IMG/VR virus record: IMGVR_UViG_2710264778_000001
Coordinates: 96,001 to 160,000 of that record
DNA: 64,000 nt
Direction: 5' to 3' (one strand)
Source: a virus
Taxonomy: Duplodnaviria > Caudoviricetes
Positions 10,696 through 21,328 of the stretch are shown here, one piece after another. The notes under the pieces were generated by a model. It had not been told where the DNA came from. It searched no databases and saw only the letters and a list, made by a program, of their open reading frames with translations. Each line of letters begins with the position of its first letter. The first letter of the stretch is position 1. Made by a program: the position numbers and the translations under genes.

Positions 10696-11292
10696 ATGGG
10701 AGAAATATATCAACCAATAGATAATATCTATAATGAAATGATTAATACTGATTTTCTAAAGAATAGACGTATTTGGTTTAATGACCAAGTTGATGAAATA
10801 TCGGTTACAAAAGCAATTTATAGTTTAAATAAACTAAGAAAATTAGATGATTTAAATGAAATTCCTATTAAAGATAGACAACCTATAACCATTATATGCA
10901 ATAGTCCTGGAGGATATTGTTATCAAGGCTTATTCTTATGCAGTGTAATAGAATCTATGGTTAAAGAAGGCTATAACATAGTCACTATTACAGGTGGAAT
11001 GAGTGCTTCAATGAGTTTTTTAATAGGTTTATGCGGTAAAACTAAAAAGTGTTATGAGTATTCAACTTTTCTTTGTCATCAACCAAGTGGAGGAGAAATT
11101 GGTGAAGCAATAAAAATAAAAAGAACTAGTGATGAATTAGATAGATTATGGGAACTAAGTAAAGTTATAATTAGAAAACATTCAAGTATGTCAGATAATT
11201 TATTAAATACTATATATAAAGAATCTTGGGATTATATAATGGATAGTTCGGAAGCATTAAAACTAGGAATTGTAGAAGAAATAATTAAGTAG
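10696..11292 (+). CDS. ClpP-like protease subunit
   Basis: NSPGG, GMSASM (catalytic Ser), HQPSGG (catalytic His), and DY.M...EALKLGIV..I. Confidence 0.85.
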   Translation: MGEIYQPIDNIYNEMINTDFLKNRRIWFNDQVDEISVTKAIYSLNKLRKLDDLNEIPIKDRQPITIICNSPGGYCYQGLFLCSVIESMVKEGYNIVTITGGMSASMSFLIGLCGKTKKCYEYSTFLCHQPSGGEIGEAIKIKRTSDELDRLWELSKVIIRKHSSMSDNLLNTIYKESWDYIMDSSEALKLGIVEEIIK

Positions 11293-11300
11293 AAGGATAG

Positions 11301-11639
11301 GTGAAAAGTATGAATGAAGAACTAAATCAAGAGTTAGAAATGGATGAAGTTGAAGGAAAAGAATTTTATTCTCAAGATGAAGTATTAGATATTATAGATC
11401 AAATAACGCCTAAAATTGAAATTGATAATGAAGAATTAAATGGATTAAAACTTGACTTAAAAGTATTTAAAGATGGTTTAAAAGATATTAGTTTTGCATG
11501 TGGACAATATGTCGGATTAATGTCGGTAGGCGTAAGTGCTGTTGATGCATTCCAATATATACTTAATGAATCTACTGGAAAGAGTAATAAAGATGTAACA
11601 AAAGTTCAACAGATAAATGTTGAAAGTAATCAAATTTAG
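11301..11639 (+). CDS. Hypothetical protein
   Basis: ORF within the operon, with RBS. Confidence 0.6.
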   Translation: MKSMNEELNQELEMDEVEGKEFYSQDEVLDIIDQITPKIEIDNEELNGLKLDLKVFKDGLKDISFACGQYVGLMSVGVSAVDAFQYILNESTGKSNKDVTKVQQINVESNQI

Positions 11640-11656
11640 ATTGGAGATAAAATATA

Positions 11657-12265
11657 ATGAATTATAAAGATAAAGTTGATAAGATTGTCGGTCTATTATT
11701 AGAAAATGAAGAATTGGAAACAAATTGCGAAGTAATTCTAGATTCTGAATTAGCTTATGACGTAACCAAAGAATTATATTATAAATTAGATAAGTACTTT
11801 CTTATAGAAGAAAAAGACCAATTTGAAAAAGATTTAAAAGAGAATGATATTCTTGGAGTAGCTTTGTTAGTTCATGGTGATGGACAAGCCGAATATTTCT
11901 TACAAAGAATTATGAGTGATGAAGGTGAAACATATCTAGATGAGATAACCCAAGTTCTATATATTCAAGATGATTTATTAGACTGTGTTGATGTTGAAGA
12001 GTTTAAAATAGCTGATATTTATATTCTTACAGAATGTGATGAGAATTGTTGTGATTGTGAATCTTGTAAAAATAAACAAGCGTATTCAGAATACGAAAGA
12101 GAAATGGACGATTATCTAGACGAATCAATGTTTGAAGTTCATAAATATTTTGCAGATATGTTAATAGAACATGGAGAAGATGAAGATTTTGATTTTCATG
12201 AATTGATTGATGAAATAATTTATATGGCATTTTTCAAGGGATTTGATAAAGCTATAGAAGAATAA
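11657..12265 (+). CDS. Acidic hypothetical protein with Cys cluster
   Basis: CDENCCDCESC; rich in D/E. Confidence 0.6.
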   Translation: MNYKDKVDKIVGLLLENEELETNCEVILDSELAYDVTKELYYKLDKYFLIEEKDQFEKDLKENDILGVALLVHGDGQAEYFLQRIMSDEGETYLDEITQVLYIQDDLLDCVDVEEFKIADIYILTECDENCCDCESCKNKQAYSEYEREMDDYLDESMFEVHKYFADMLIEHGEDEDFDFHELIDEIIYMAFFKGFDKAIEE

Positions 12266-12410
12266 AATATAACTAAGTATTAAATTAAAAAGCCAATTTT
12301 ATTAAGTTTTTATAGACCACATCTATAGGGTGTGGTCTATTAAGAATTTAATCGTATTTGCTGGGTTGGGTATGCCCAGTATTATTTTATGATAGACAGG
12401 TGGTGAGATT

Positions 12411-12665
12411 ATGGAAATAAATTTAAAAGCTGGTGAAGTTAATGTTATTTATAGTGATTACTTAAATAAAGTAGTTAAAGAAGCAATGATTCAATTGACA
12501 GATACAGTTGCAGTTAAATATTCATTAAATAAAGATAAGAATTGTATGGATATGAGTATCATAAATACTTTACTTGAGGATGTAGATCAAGGTGGAGAAG
12601 TAAACAAAGATGAAATCGCAAAAATAATAACTGCTCAGAAATCAATATTTGTACAATTAACTTAA
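12411..12665 (+). CDS. Hypothetical protein
   Basis: AGGTGG RBS. Confidence 0.6.
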   Translation: MEINLKAGEVNVIYSDYLNKVVKEAMIQLTDTVAVKYSLNKDKNCMDMSIINTLLEDVDQGGEVNKDEIAKIITAQKSIFVQLT

Positions 12666-12692
12666 AAATAAAATATAAGGAGGTATTATTAT

Positions 12693-13157
12693 ATGAAATT
12701 AGGTTATATACCATCTATGTTAAATAATGTTAGAACTATGAAAGTTTATATAAAATCTTTAGGTTCAACAACTTTAACAGAAGCAGATGAACAGAAAATA
12801 ATTGATGATTATTCACCATTATTACAATATAAAGATTTAATTTTTTCAGGTAAATTTAATATTGATCCACAAGGAAATGTAATTGTAGATGAAACAAATG
12901 GTGAATTAGTGACATTGTCTTTAGTAAATCAAGTGCTTAATATTAATAAAGATTTTATTGCTACTTTTAGTATTGCAACAAAGGATATTAAAGATAGTGA
13001 GTTAGGAGCAAATATATTAAAGACAAAAGACTTAGTTGCAGAAGCAAAATGCTTGTTGTTTAAGAATATAATTACTAAAGCAGTTGAAGATATTATAACT
13101 GCAATAAAAGGAAAAGAAAATAATTTTGAAACAGAAAGTGAATCTGTTGAATTTTAA
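12693..13157 (+). CDS. Hypothetical protein
   Basis: AAGGAGG RBS; followed by a terminator hairpin. Confidence 0.65.
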   Translation: MKLGYIPSMLNNVRTMKVYIKSLGSTTLTEADEQKIIDDYSPLLQYKDLIFSGKFNIDPQGNVIVDETNGELVTLSLVNQVLNINKDFIATFSIATKDIKDSELGANILKTKDLVAEAKCLLFKNIITKAVEDIITAIKGKENNFETESESVEF

Positions 13158-13265
13158 TTTATTAAACTGGGTTGAAATATATCCAGTTTTTTATTGTTTT
13201 TATAGTGCTTATTTGAATTAATAAGTAGTTTGAAATAATAAATTATAAAAAGGAGGTGTATTATC

Positions 13266-14213
13266 GTGGCTGGTAAGTCAAGAAATAATACAGAAATAAC
13301 AAATAGGGAAATTATTTATTGTACAGGGTGTGATCACGATAAAAAACCTAGCGATTTTTATAAGAGTTATGGTTCTACTAAATCTGGGACATTACCATAT
13401 TGTAAACAATGTTGTATAGATATGAGCTTGAATGATAATGGAACATTGAACATAGATAAATTCAAAAATATGCTGTCTAAAGTAGATAGACCATTCTTAT
13501 ATCAAACATTAGAAGATAATTTGAAAAAATACCCCCAAAAAATAGAATCTGCTATTGGCTTCTATTTCAAAGATTTAGGAATGACACAAAATAGAGGTTT
13601 AAAATATAAGGATAGTGTATTTGAAAATGAAGAAACAAATAAACTAGCTGAAATGAATACAGTTAGTTATAATATTTCACAAGATGTAATTAAAAAATGG
13701 GGACAAAATTATACATCAGAACAAATTATGAAACTAGAGAACTTCTATAATGATATGCAAAATAGTTACGATGTTAAAACTGCTTCTCATAAAGATTATT
13801 TAAAAAAAATATCAAAGGTTTCATTAAAGATGGATGAAGCATTAGATAATGACAACGTAACTGAATTTCAAAAATTATCAGGTGTTTATGATAATTTAAT
13901 GAAATCAGCAAAATTTACAGCAGTACAAAGATCGGCAGTAGATGATACTGGAGGATTCGCAACGTTTTGTGAGTTTATAGAAAGCCTTGAAAAAGAAGGT
14001 TTTATTGAACCAGCAAAAATAGAAGAAGACTATGATATTGTTGAAGCTACTATCTCAGATGTAAAAAACTATACAAAAAAATTAGTTTTAGGGGATAGTT
14101 CAATATCCACTATGGCAGTAGAACAATTGAATAAAATGAAAGAAAAACAAGATGAAAGTAATAATACTTTAGATGAAGAGTTAGAAGGTGAAGATAATGG
14201 CATCAATAACTAA
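13266..14213 (+). CDS. Putative terminase small subunit
   Basis: Overlaps the large terminase gene; N-terminal Zn finger and helical C-terminus. Call is by position. Confidence 0.55.
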   Translation: MAGKSRNNTEITNREIIYCTGCDHDKKPSDFYKSYGSTKSGTLPYCKQCCIDMSLNDNGTLNIDKFKNMLSKVDRPFLYQTLEDNLKKYPQKIESAIGFYFKDLGMTQNRGLKYKDSVFENEETNKLAEMNTVSYNISQDVIKKWGQNYTSEQIMKLENFYNDMQNSYDVKTASHKDYLKKISKVSLKMDEALDNDNVTEFQKLSGVYDNLMKSAKFTAVQRSAVDDTGGFATFCEFIESLEKEGFIEPAKIEEDYDIVEATISDVKNYTKKLVLGDSSISTMAVEQLNKMKEKQDESNNTLDEELEGEDNGINN

Positions 14214-15963
14214 CTTTAAATCAGAAAAGGATAATAAAAAAGAAGGGATTTTAGATATTCATAATCCAGCAGGTAATTCTTTTGAAAAAGATGTTAATCC
14301 TATGGCTTCAACTTTTGATGTAGTAAAAAAAGATTTTGCTAAATATGTAAGCTTATGGCGTGCTTGCCCTGATTTATTTATTGATTTTATTACACCAAAG
14401 GATAGTAAATTTAAATTATTTTTCTATCAAAGAGTATTTTTAAGAAGTGCGATAAGGCATAAATATTTCTATGCAACTTTTACAAGAGCTTTTTCTAAAT
14501 CATTTCTTAGTATATTAATACTATATATAAAACTTATTCTGTACCCCAATATATCTTTATTTATATGTTCTGGGGGAAAAGGTCAGGCAACTAATATCGC
14601 AAAAGAAAAAATAGAAGAAATATGGGAGAAGTTTCCTATATTAAAAAGAGAAGTTAAAGATTATCAAGTATCTAAGGATTATTTAAAAGTAACACTACAA
14701 AATAATAGTCGTTTAGATATAGTTGCTGTTCGTGAAAGTACTCGTGGAGGAAGAAGAAATGCTGGTTTAATTGAGGAAGCAATTTTAGTTGACGGTAAAT
14801 TATTAAATGAAGTTATAATTCCACTGATGAATGTTAATAGACGTGCTAAAAATGGAGATGTTGATCCCAATGAACCGCACAAACAACAAATTTATGTTAC
14901 AACAGCAGGATATAGAAATACATTTGCTTATGACAAGTTAAAACAAATACTAGTATGGATGGCAACAAAAGATGATGAAGCCTTTGTTATGGGTGGAAGT
15001 TGGAGAATTCCAGTTTTACATAAACTATTAGACCCAAATTTTGTTGAAGAATTAAAAGAAGATGGTACATATAATCCTTTATCCTTTGATAGAGAATACG
15101 AAAGTATATGGACTGGAAGTGGCGAGGATAGTTTCTTTAATGAAGATATGATAACAAAAAATAGAGTATTAAAGAAGTCGGAAGACAAGCCTGATTTTAA
15201 AGTTTCGGATAATGATAAATTTGAAATAAAATATATAGTATCTACAGATGTGGCAAGAAGTGAAGGAAATCAAAATGCGAATACTGTAGTTACAGTTGGT
15301 AAAGTAAAACAAAATCTTACAAATGGACATTGTGTAACAAATATAGTAAATATGTTTGTATTACATGGAGAACATTTTGAAGAACAGGCTATAAAAATAA
15401 AAAAGATTGTTTTTAAATATAAAGCAGAAATGTGTCCGTGTGATTTAAATGGTCTAGGAGCTGGTCTTGCTGACTATTTGGTAAAAGAAAATATAGATGA
15501 AAATGGTGAAATATTTCCTCCATTTTCTATAGTAAATGATGATAGATTTGATAAGTATAAAACTGATGATAGTTTACCATTATTGTATGCAATTAGATCA
15601 CAAGGAATTGCAGGGCAAATTCATGTTAATTGTTTATCGCAAATATCATCTAATAAGGTTAAATTTTTAATAGATGAAATGGAAGCAAAAACTCAATTAT
15701 CTAAAACACAAATTAAAGATATGAGTGGTAGAGAAATGGGAGAATATTTAGCACCGTTTTTAAATACTACTTGTTTAAAAGATGAAATGCTTAACTTAAG
15801 AGCAAAACAAACAGGTAAAGATGTAGTCTTGGATAGAATAAATAAGGGAATACAAAAAGATAGATTTAGTTCTTTAGAATACCTTTTATGGTATGTGAAA
15901 GAGATAGAAAATAACTTTGAAGATGATTCAGATGACGATGACAGACAATATGTATTTTGGTAA
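14197..15963 (+). CDS. Terminase large subunit (YonF-like)
   Basis: LFFYQR, Walker A-like TRAFSKS, RGGRR, Walker B LIEEA, YVTTAG, FDREYES.W, STDVAR and KDRFSS. Confidence 0.92.
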   Translation: MASITNFKSEKDNKKEGILDIHNPAGNSFEKDVNPMASTFDVVKKDFAKYVSLWRACPDLFIDFITPKDSKFKLFFYQRVFLRSAIRHKYFYATFTRAFSKSFLSILILYIKLILYPNISLFICSGGKGQATNIAKEKIEEIWEKFPILKREVKDYQVSKDYLKVTLQNNSRLDIVAVRESTRGGRRNAGLIEEAILVDGKLLNEVIIPLMNVNRRAKNGDVDPNEPHKQQIYVTTAGYRNTFAYDKLKQILVWMATKDDEAFVMGGSWRIPVLHKLLDPNFVEELKEDGTYNPLSFDREYESIWTGSGEDSFFNEDMITKNRVLKKSEDKPDFKVSDNDKFEIKYIVSTDVARSEGNQNANTVVTVGKVKQNLTNGHCVTNIVNMFVLHGEHFEEQAIKIKKIVFKYKAEMCPCDLNGLGAGLADYLVKENIDENGEIFPPFSIVNDDRFDKYKTDDSLPLLYAIRSQGIAGQIHVNCLSQISSNKVKFLIDEMEAKTQLSKTQIKDMSGREMGEYLAPFLNTTCLKDEMLNLRAKQTGKDVVLDRINKGIQKDRFSSLEYLLWYVKEIENNFEDDSDDDDRQYVFW

Positions 15964-15992
15964 ACAAATTATAAAAGAAAGGAGATGAAATA

Positions 15993-17576
15993 ATGGCAGG
16001 AAGGCCAAAAGGTTCAACTAATGCTTTTTCAAAAAAACAAGTTGAAGAAATGCAATTAAAAATTGAAGAATTAGAAAAACAATATAATTCATATGATCAA
16101 GTTGTAGATAGTTTTGTTGATGGTTTTATATTAGAACTTACACAACAAATTAAAACTATTGATATGACCACATTGCAAAGATGGTTTAGTAATCCAGACA
16201 ATTATATTCAAGAAATAAATAATCTACTAACTTATTATTATATAATAGACGGTAATATATCACAATTATATGATTTAATATTTTCTCTACCAGAACTAAA
16301 TTACAAAATAAAAACTTACAAAAGATTAAGTAGCTATGAAAATGATATTTCAACTATAAAAATTGCGTTAGAGAGAATAGTAAAACATAAAACATTAACT
16401 AGAGAATTGTTAGTTCAAATGGCTGTTAATGGTTCGGTTTTAGGAACTTGGTTAGGAAATAAACAAGAACCTTATTTTAATGTCTTTGATGATTTAGATT
16501 ACATATACCCATATGGAATTTATAAAGGGAAGATGGTTGGAGTATTTGATTTATCATATATAGATACATTAACGAGCGAACAAAAAATAGCATTATATAA
16601 TACATTGAAACCATTAGTTACTGAAAGCATTTATAACAAATGGAAAGGTGAAAGAGATCCAAATAAACAAAGAGAATTACAACTAGTTGTTTTACCACCA
16701 GAGACTTCATTGGTTGCCAGAACAAGAGTATTATCACGTAATCAAAGATTAGGATTGCCTTGGGGAACTCAATCTATATTTGATTTACAACATAAACAAA
16801 AAATGAAAGACTTAGAACGTGCTATGGCTGATAAAATTATAAGAGCAATAGCAATTGTTAAAATGAGAGATAAGGATGATAATGATAATAAAGTAAAAGA
16901 GAGCGTTCAAAAGAAAGTTTTTACTAAAGTTAAAAAAGCATTAGAACAAAATAACAATAGTAAAAATGGATTAACATGTATCGCTATGCCTTCATTTGCT
17001 GATTTTTCTTATCCTGAATTTAAAGGTGCTGATGATATATTAGACCCTAAAAAATATGATAGCGTAAATAATGATATTACTACTGGAACAACTGTAGGAT
17101 CTGTTTTAGCAAATGGTAGTGGTGGTAATTATGCATCAGCAAACTTAAATTTAGATATGATTTATCAAAAAATAGGTGCAATGCTAGAACAAGTTGAAGA
17201 AATATATAATCAATTAATTCTTATAGTATTAGGGAAGAATAAAGGTTCTAATTATTATTTTGAGTATAGTAAACAAAAACCGTTAACTAAAAAAGAAAAA
17301 TTAGATAATCTTAAAAGTTTAGTAGATAAAGGATATGCATTAAGACCATTGATAGAAGAAATGGGATATGATTTTGAAAGTTATATTGATGAAAGTATCT
17401 ATGAAATTGAAAAACTTAAATTAAGAGATAAAATAATTCCACCTTTAAGTACTTATACTGCAACTGGTTCAGATGTAAATAGTGGAAGACCAACAGATAC
17501 TACTGGAGAAAACAACAGTACAGTTCAAACAAAAGAACAGGGTGGCAATTTTAACCCAAAACCTTCAACAGAATAG
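15993..17576 (+). CDS. Portal protein
   Basis: Follows the terminase; 527 aa; GGNYASA motif and a C-terminal GRP tail. Confidence 0.75.
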   Translation: MAGRPKGSTNAFSKKQVEEMQLKIEELEKQYNSYDQVVDSFVDGFILELTQQIKTIDMTTLQRWFSNPDNYIQEINNLLTYYYIIDGNISQLYDLIFSLPELNYKIKTYKRLSSYENDISTIKIALERIVKHKTLTRELLVQMAVNGSVLGTWLGNKQEPYFNVFDDLDYIYPYGIYKGKMVGVFDLSYIDTLTSEQKIALYNTLKPLVTESIYNKWKGERDPNKQRELQLVVLPPETSLVARTRVLSRNQRLGLPWGTQSIFDLQHKQKMKDLERAMADKIIRAIAIVKMRDKDDNDNKVKESVQKKVFTKVKKALEQNNNSKNGLTCIAMPSFADFSYPEFKGADDILDPKKYDSVNNDITTGTTVGSVLANGSGGNYASANLNLDMIYQKIGAMLEQVEEIYNQLILIVLGKNKGSNYYFEYSKQKPLTKKEKLDNLKSLVDKGYALRPLIEEMGYDFESYIDESIYEIEKLKLRDKIIPPLSTYTATGSDVNSGRPTDTTGENNSTVQTKEQGGNFNPKPSTE

Positions 17577-17588
17577 TAGGTGATAAAA

Positions 17589-17756
17589 ATGAAAATATTG
17601 ATTTCTAAAACAGAAGAGTTGATTACTATTTCTTTAGATGGTAAAAAATTATTAATAAATAAAGACAATAAGCTATTTAACAAATTGATTATTTTATCTA
17701 AAGAGGAAATTAAAGAATTATATCAAAAGGATAAATTTAATAGTTTATTAGATTAA
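17589..17756 (+). CDS. Small hypothetical protein (55 aa, not in the ORF track)
   Basis: AGGTGA RBS, then MKILISKTEELITISLDGKK...NSLLD*. Confidence 0.55.
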   Translation: MKILISKTEELITISLDGKKLLINKDNKLFNKLIILSKEEIKELYQKDKFNSLLD

Positions 17757-17832
17757 AATAATTATTTATTTAGTAATTTTAATTATTTATTATACTTAAT
17801 AGATAAATTATATTGTGAAAGGTGGTGATAAC

Positions 17833-19503
17833 TTGGAAGAACAAAATAAAAAAATAGGTCAATTTCAAATTTCTTTTAATTCATTAACTACTGTTCCCAA
17901 TGATCCTACTATAATGAAAGCAAAAGTTATTCTTTTTGATTTTGAAAGAAGTGGCAATAATCAAATCATTGAAAAAGCAGTAGCCGAAGAAAATATAAAA
18001 TTTCTTATTGGTAAAAGAATTTGTTGCAAATACATATCAAAAGAAGATAATGGTGGAGAATTGGATGCTTTAGGAGATCATGAGCAATATGAAACAACAA
18101 ATAGAGATGATAAGGAAGTAGTCTATACTGATACAGAAGCTATTGGATTTATTGAAAATGTCTATATAGATAATTATACAGATAACAATGGAAATACTAA
18201 AGAAGTTGTTTATGGTGATGTAATATTATGGTGTGATGATCATTATGCGGATATTATTGGATTATTAAAAGAATGGTTAGAGAAGAATATACCAATACAT
18301 ATGTCAGTAGAATATTATTATTTTAACTATACTGTAAAAGATGGAATTGAATATATACAATCTCCTATTTTATTTAATGCACATACTGTTTTGAATAGTG
18401 AAGATAGGGGATATGCAATAGAAGTATTGCCTTCATATGAATGTGCAACTTTAGTGAGTTTTAATGAATTAAAAGAGCAATGGAATAAAGCTATTAATTC
18501 ATTAAATTCAAAACAAAATAAAGTAAATAATCAATTAAATGAAGAAAATTTACAAAATAATAGTTTACAATCTAGCGAAAATCTAGATTCTAATAAATTA
18601 AAACAAATAAATAAAATCCAAAAGGAGGATGAAACAATAATGGAAAACATATTTTTAAATGCAATGAAGTCAAATAATGAACTTTCATTTGGTGATGTTA
18701 GAGATTTATTATATGACGCTTTAGCTTCTGTTATGGTAGCAGAAGAATATTTTAATGTTTGGATAAGTCAATATGGAGTATATGAAGATTATTTTTTATA
18801 TGAAACAATAGAAGACTCAAAATGGGTGAATTATAAAGTTTCTTATACTAAAAACGCTGATGATACTGTAACTATAGACTATGCTACAAAATCAAAGGTT
18901 GAATATAATTTAACATTAGTTTCTGTAGATGATTTTGAATCTTCTCAAAATGCAAAACTAGAATTAGAAAAGTCACAAAATGAATTAAAATCAGCTAATG
19001 CTAAAATAGAAGAACTTGGTGATCAAATGAAATCGCTAAATGAAAAATTAGTTGAGAAATCTAATAATTCAAAAGTAGATACTGATAAATTTAATGAATT
19101 AACTGAAAAGTTAGTTTCCTTAAACGCTATGGTATCAGAAATGCAACCAATTGTAGATAAATACAATAAAGATGCATTTGAAAAATCTTTTAATAAAGCT
19201 AAAGAAGATTATAAAGTTACATTTACAAGTATTAATGCATTAGATGTATTTGAGTTGGAATCTACTCAAGAGTTAATTAAAGAATCTATTAATTCAGTAA
19301 AAGAAAAAGCAGATACAGCTAAATTTAGTTTAAATGCATTAATTGTAAATAGTATTAAACCAATTGAGGAAAAGATTAATGAAGATGATGTAGTTTTAGG
19401 TTCTGCTAATGTTAGTATTAATCAAATAACTAAAGCTGAGGATACAAAAGAATTAACAGACGTTGAAGACGGTGTATTATCAGAATATGGATTTAATTAT
19501 TAA
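17833..19503 (+). CDS. Prohead protease/scaffold (YonD-like), with a probable nested scaffold starting at 18640
   Basis: LGDH and HMSVE protease-like motifs; coiled-coil C-terminal half; internal AAGGAGG plus in-frame ATG. Confidence 0.7.
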   Translation: MEEQNKKIGQFQISFNSLTTVPNDPTIMKAKVILFDFERSGNNQIIEKAVAEENIKFLIGKRICCKYISKEDNGGELDALGDHEQYETTNRDDKEVVYTDTEAIGFIENVYIDNYTDNNGNTKEVVYGDVILWCDDHYADIIGLLKEWLEKNIPIHMSVEYYYFNYTVKDGIEYIQSPILFNAHTVLNSEDRGYAIEVLPSYECATLVSFNELKEQWNKAINSLNSKQNKVNNQLNEENLQNNSLQSSENLDSNKLKQINKIQKEDETIMENIFLNAMKSNNELSFGDVRDLLYDALASVMVAEEYFNVWISQYGVYEDYFLYETIEDSKWVNYKVSYTKNADDTVTIDYATKSKVEYNLTLVSVDDFESSQNAKLELEKSQNELKSANAKIEELGDQMKSLNEKLVEKSNNSKVDTDKFNELTEKLVSLNAMVSEMQPIVDKYNKDAFEKSFNKAKEDYKVTFTSINALDVFELESTQELIKESINSVKEKADTAKFSLNALIVNSIKPIEEKINEDDVVLGSANVSINQITKAEDTKELTDVEDGVLSEYGFNY

Positions 19504-19618
19504 TAAGATTTTTATCAATTGAAATGATACACATTGATAATATTTTTATTAATATGTTGAAATAAAAACAAATTATATAAAATTAAAATAATACTTAAAA
19601 AGAAATGAGGAATGTAAA

Positions 19619-20143
19619 ATGGCAACAGTTTTAAGAGACGCTTTATATTTACCAGGAACACATAATATTTCAGAAATAAATACAATTTGGGCTAAACCAG
19701 TAGCTAATGGAGCTATTCTAAGTGGTTCTAATATGGATAATGGTGGTTTAGTTGAATTTGCCGGAAGAGACGCAAATGGAAATAGACTTTGTAAACCATA
19801 TGATGGAACAGGAGAATTCTTTATTCTTCAAACTCATGTTGAAGATCAATTATTAATTGATATGGGTGAAACTGATTATAAAAACTTTTATAACAAAGTT
19901 GGAGAACCAGTGAGGTTAATAAGAGTTGAAACAGGTTTAGCACAAGAATTATCAGGTTTTACAGTTGATACTGGTGTAACTTTAGCACAAGATTTACCTG
20001 TAATTTGGGATGCTACTAATAAAGTTCATAAAGTAGTTGCTTCTATTGGAGCAGGACAAACACAAATTGCTACAGTAGTAGATTTAGATACAGACTTTGG
20101 TTACAATGCTGGAGTTACAACTATAAGAATTGAATACAAATAA
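19619..20143 (+). CDS. Capsid decoration or minor head protein
   Basis: Lies between the scaffold and capsid genes; beta-rich, DNG.LV motif. Confidence 0.55.
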   Translation: MATVLRDALYLPGTHNISEINTIWAKPVANGAILSGSNMDNGGLVEFAGRDANGNRLCKPYDGTGEFFILQTHVEDQLLIDMGETDYKNFYNKVGEPVRLIRVETGLAQELSGFTVDTGVTLAQDLPVIWDATNKVHKVVASIGAGQTQIATVVDLDTDFGYNAGVTTIRIEYK

Positions 20144-20176
20144 AATAAATTATAAAAAAGAAGGGATGATTATATA

Positions 20177-21235
20177 ATGGAAATAACATTAAAACCAGAA
20201 GCAATACAATTAGGAAAAAGAGTTTATAATAGTAAAGATATAAATTCAGAGAGCAAAGATGGACAAGCTATTACAGAATTAGCACATAAAGCAATAAATG
20301 CAAATGGAACAATAAATAATTTACAAGCATTCAGAGACTTAAATCAATTAATTGTTACAACAGCAGAACAATTACAACAACCAAATAGACAACAATATAT
20401 TGATTTAGTTTCAGATTATAAAAAAGTAGGAGTTAATGACATTATGCAATATAATGTTGAAGATAAAATAACTAAAGTTACTACTGCCTTAACTGCAACT
20501 GGTACAGGAGTAAACTTTACTAAAGTACCATCTTTCACAAGCAGAGTGTATGCAACTCCTTATAAACACCAATTTGGTATTAAATATTCTATTTCAGAAA
20601 TGTATTCTGATCCAATTAACCAATTTAAAAATGCAGTAGATTTGGTTAATGAGGAAAAGGTAAGATACATATTATCACAAATCTTTGCAGTAGTTAGAGA
20701 AGCATCTGCTAATTCAAAAATACCTGCAAAACAAAAAAGTACAGTTGCTAATATTACATTCCAAGGATTCAAGGCTATAGAAACAGCTTTATTAAGATAT
20801 AGTAAAAATGTTAAGCCTGTAATGATCGCTGATACTGCTCTTATCGGTTCATTGGCTGATAAACAAGCTAGTGTTATGGTTACTGGTTCTACAACTGTTC
20901 CAATGTATTTAACAGATGATATGAGAAAGTCATTATTGACAGATACTACAATTGAGCAAATTTCAAAAACAGTTGCAATATCTATAGATAATCCATATAT
21001 AGATAATATGAATTCTAAAGTTGAATTGCCTGTAGATGAAGCTATTTTAATTGCTGGTGGTTCTGCTAGTCCAATTAAAGTAACAGAATTTGGAGATATG
21101 GCTTTACTTTCTGATATAATCCAACAACATATTGAAAGTGAAGAAGCATTCTTAAAGATAGCTTATAAAGTTGATGTAACTTTATTATTGAATAGAGCTA
21201 TTGGATACATTAAAGATACATCTGTAGTTCTTTAA
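20177..21235 (+). CDS. Major capsid protein
   Basis: 352 aa, expected position, followed by a terminator. Confidence 0.7.
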   Translation: MEITLKPEAIQLGKRVYNSKDINSESKDGQAITELAHKAINANGTINNLQAFRDLNQLIVTTAEQLQQPNRQQYIDLVSDYKKVGVNDIMQYNVEDKITKVTTALTATGTGVNFTKVPSFTSRVYATPYKHQFGIKYSISEMYSDPINQFKNAVDLVNEEKVRYILSQIFAVVREASANSKIPAKQKSTVANITFQGFKAIETALLRYSKNVKPVMIADTALIGSLADKQASVMVTGSTTVPMYLTDDMRKSLLTDTTIEQISKTVAISIDNPYIDNMNSKVELPVDEAILIAGGSASPIKVTEFGDMALLSDIIQQHIESEEAFLKIAYKVDVTLLLNRAIGYIKDTSVVL

Positions 21236-21328
21236 TAATAAATAAAATATAAGTAGGATTTGAAATATAATCCTACTTTAAATCTTATAATAGTTTAAAA
21301 TATTTATGAAATTAAGGAGAGAAATAAT

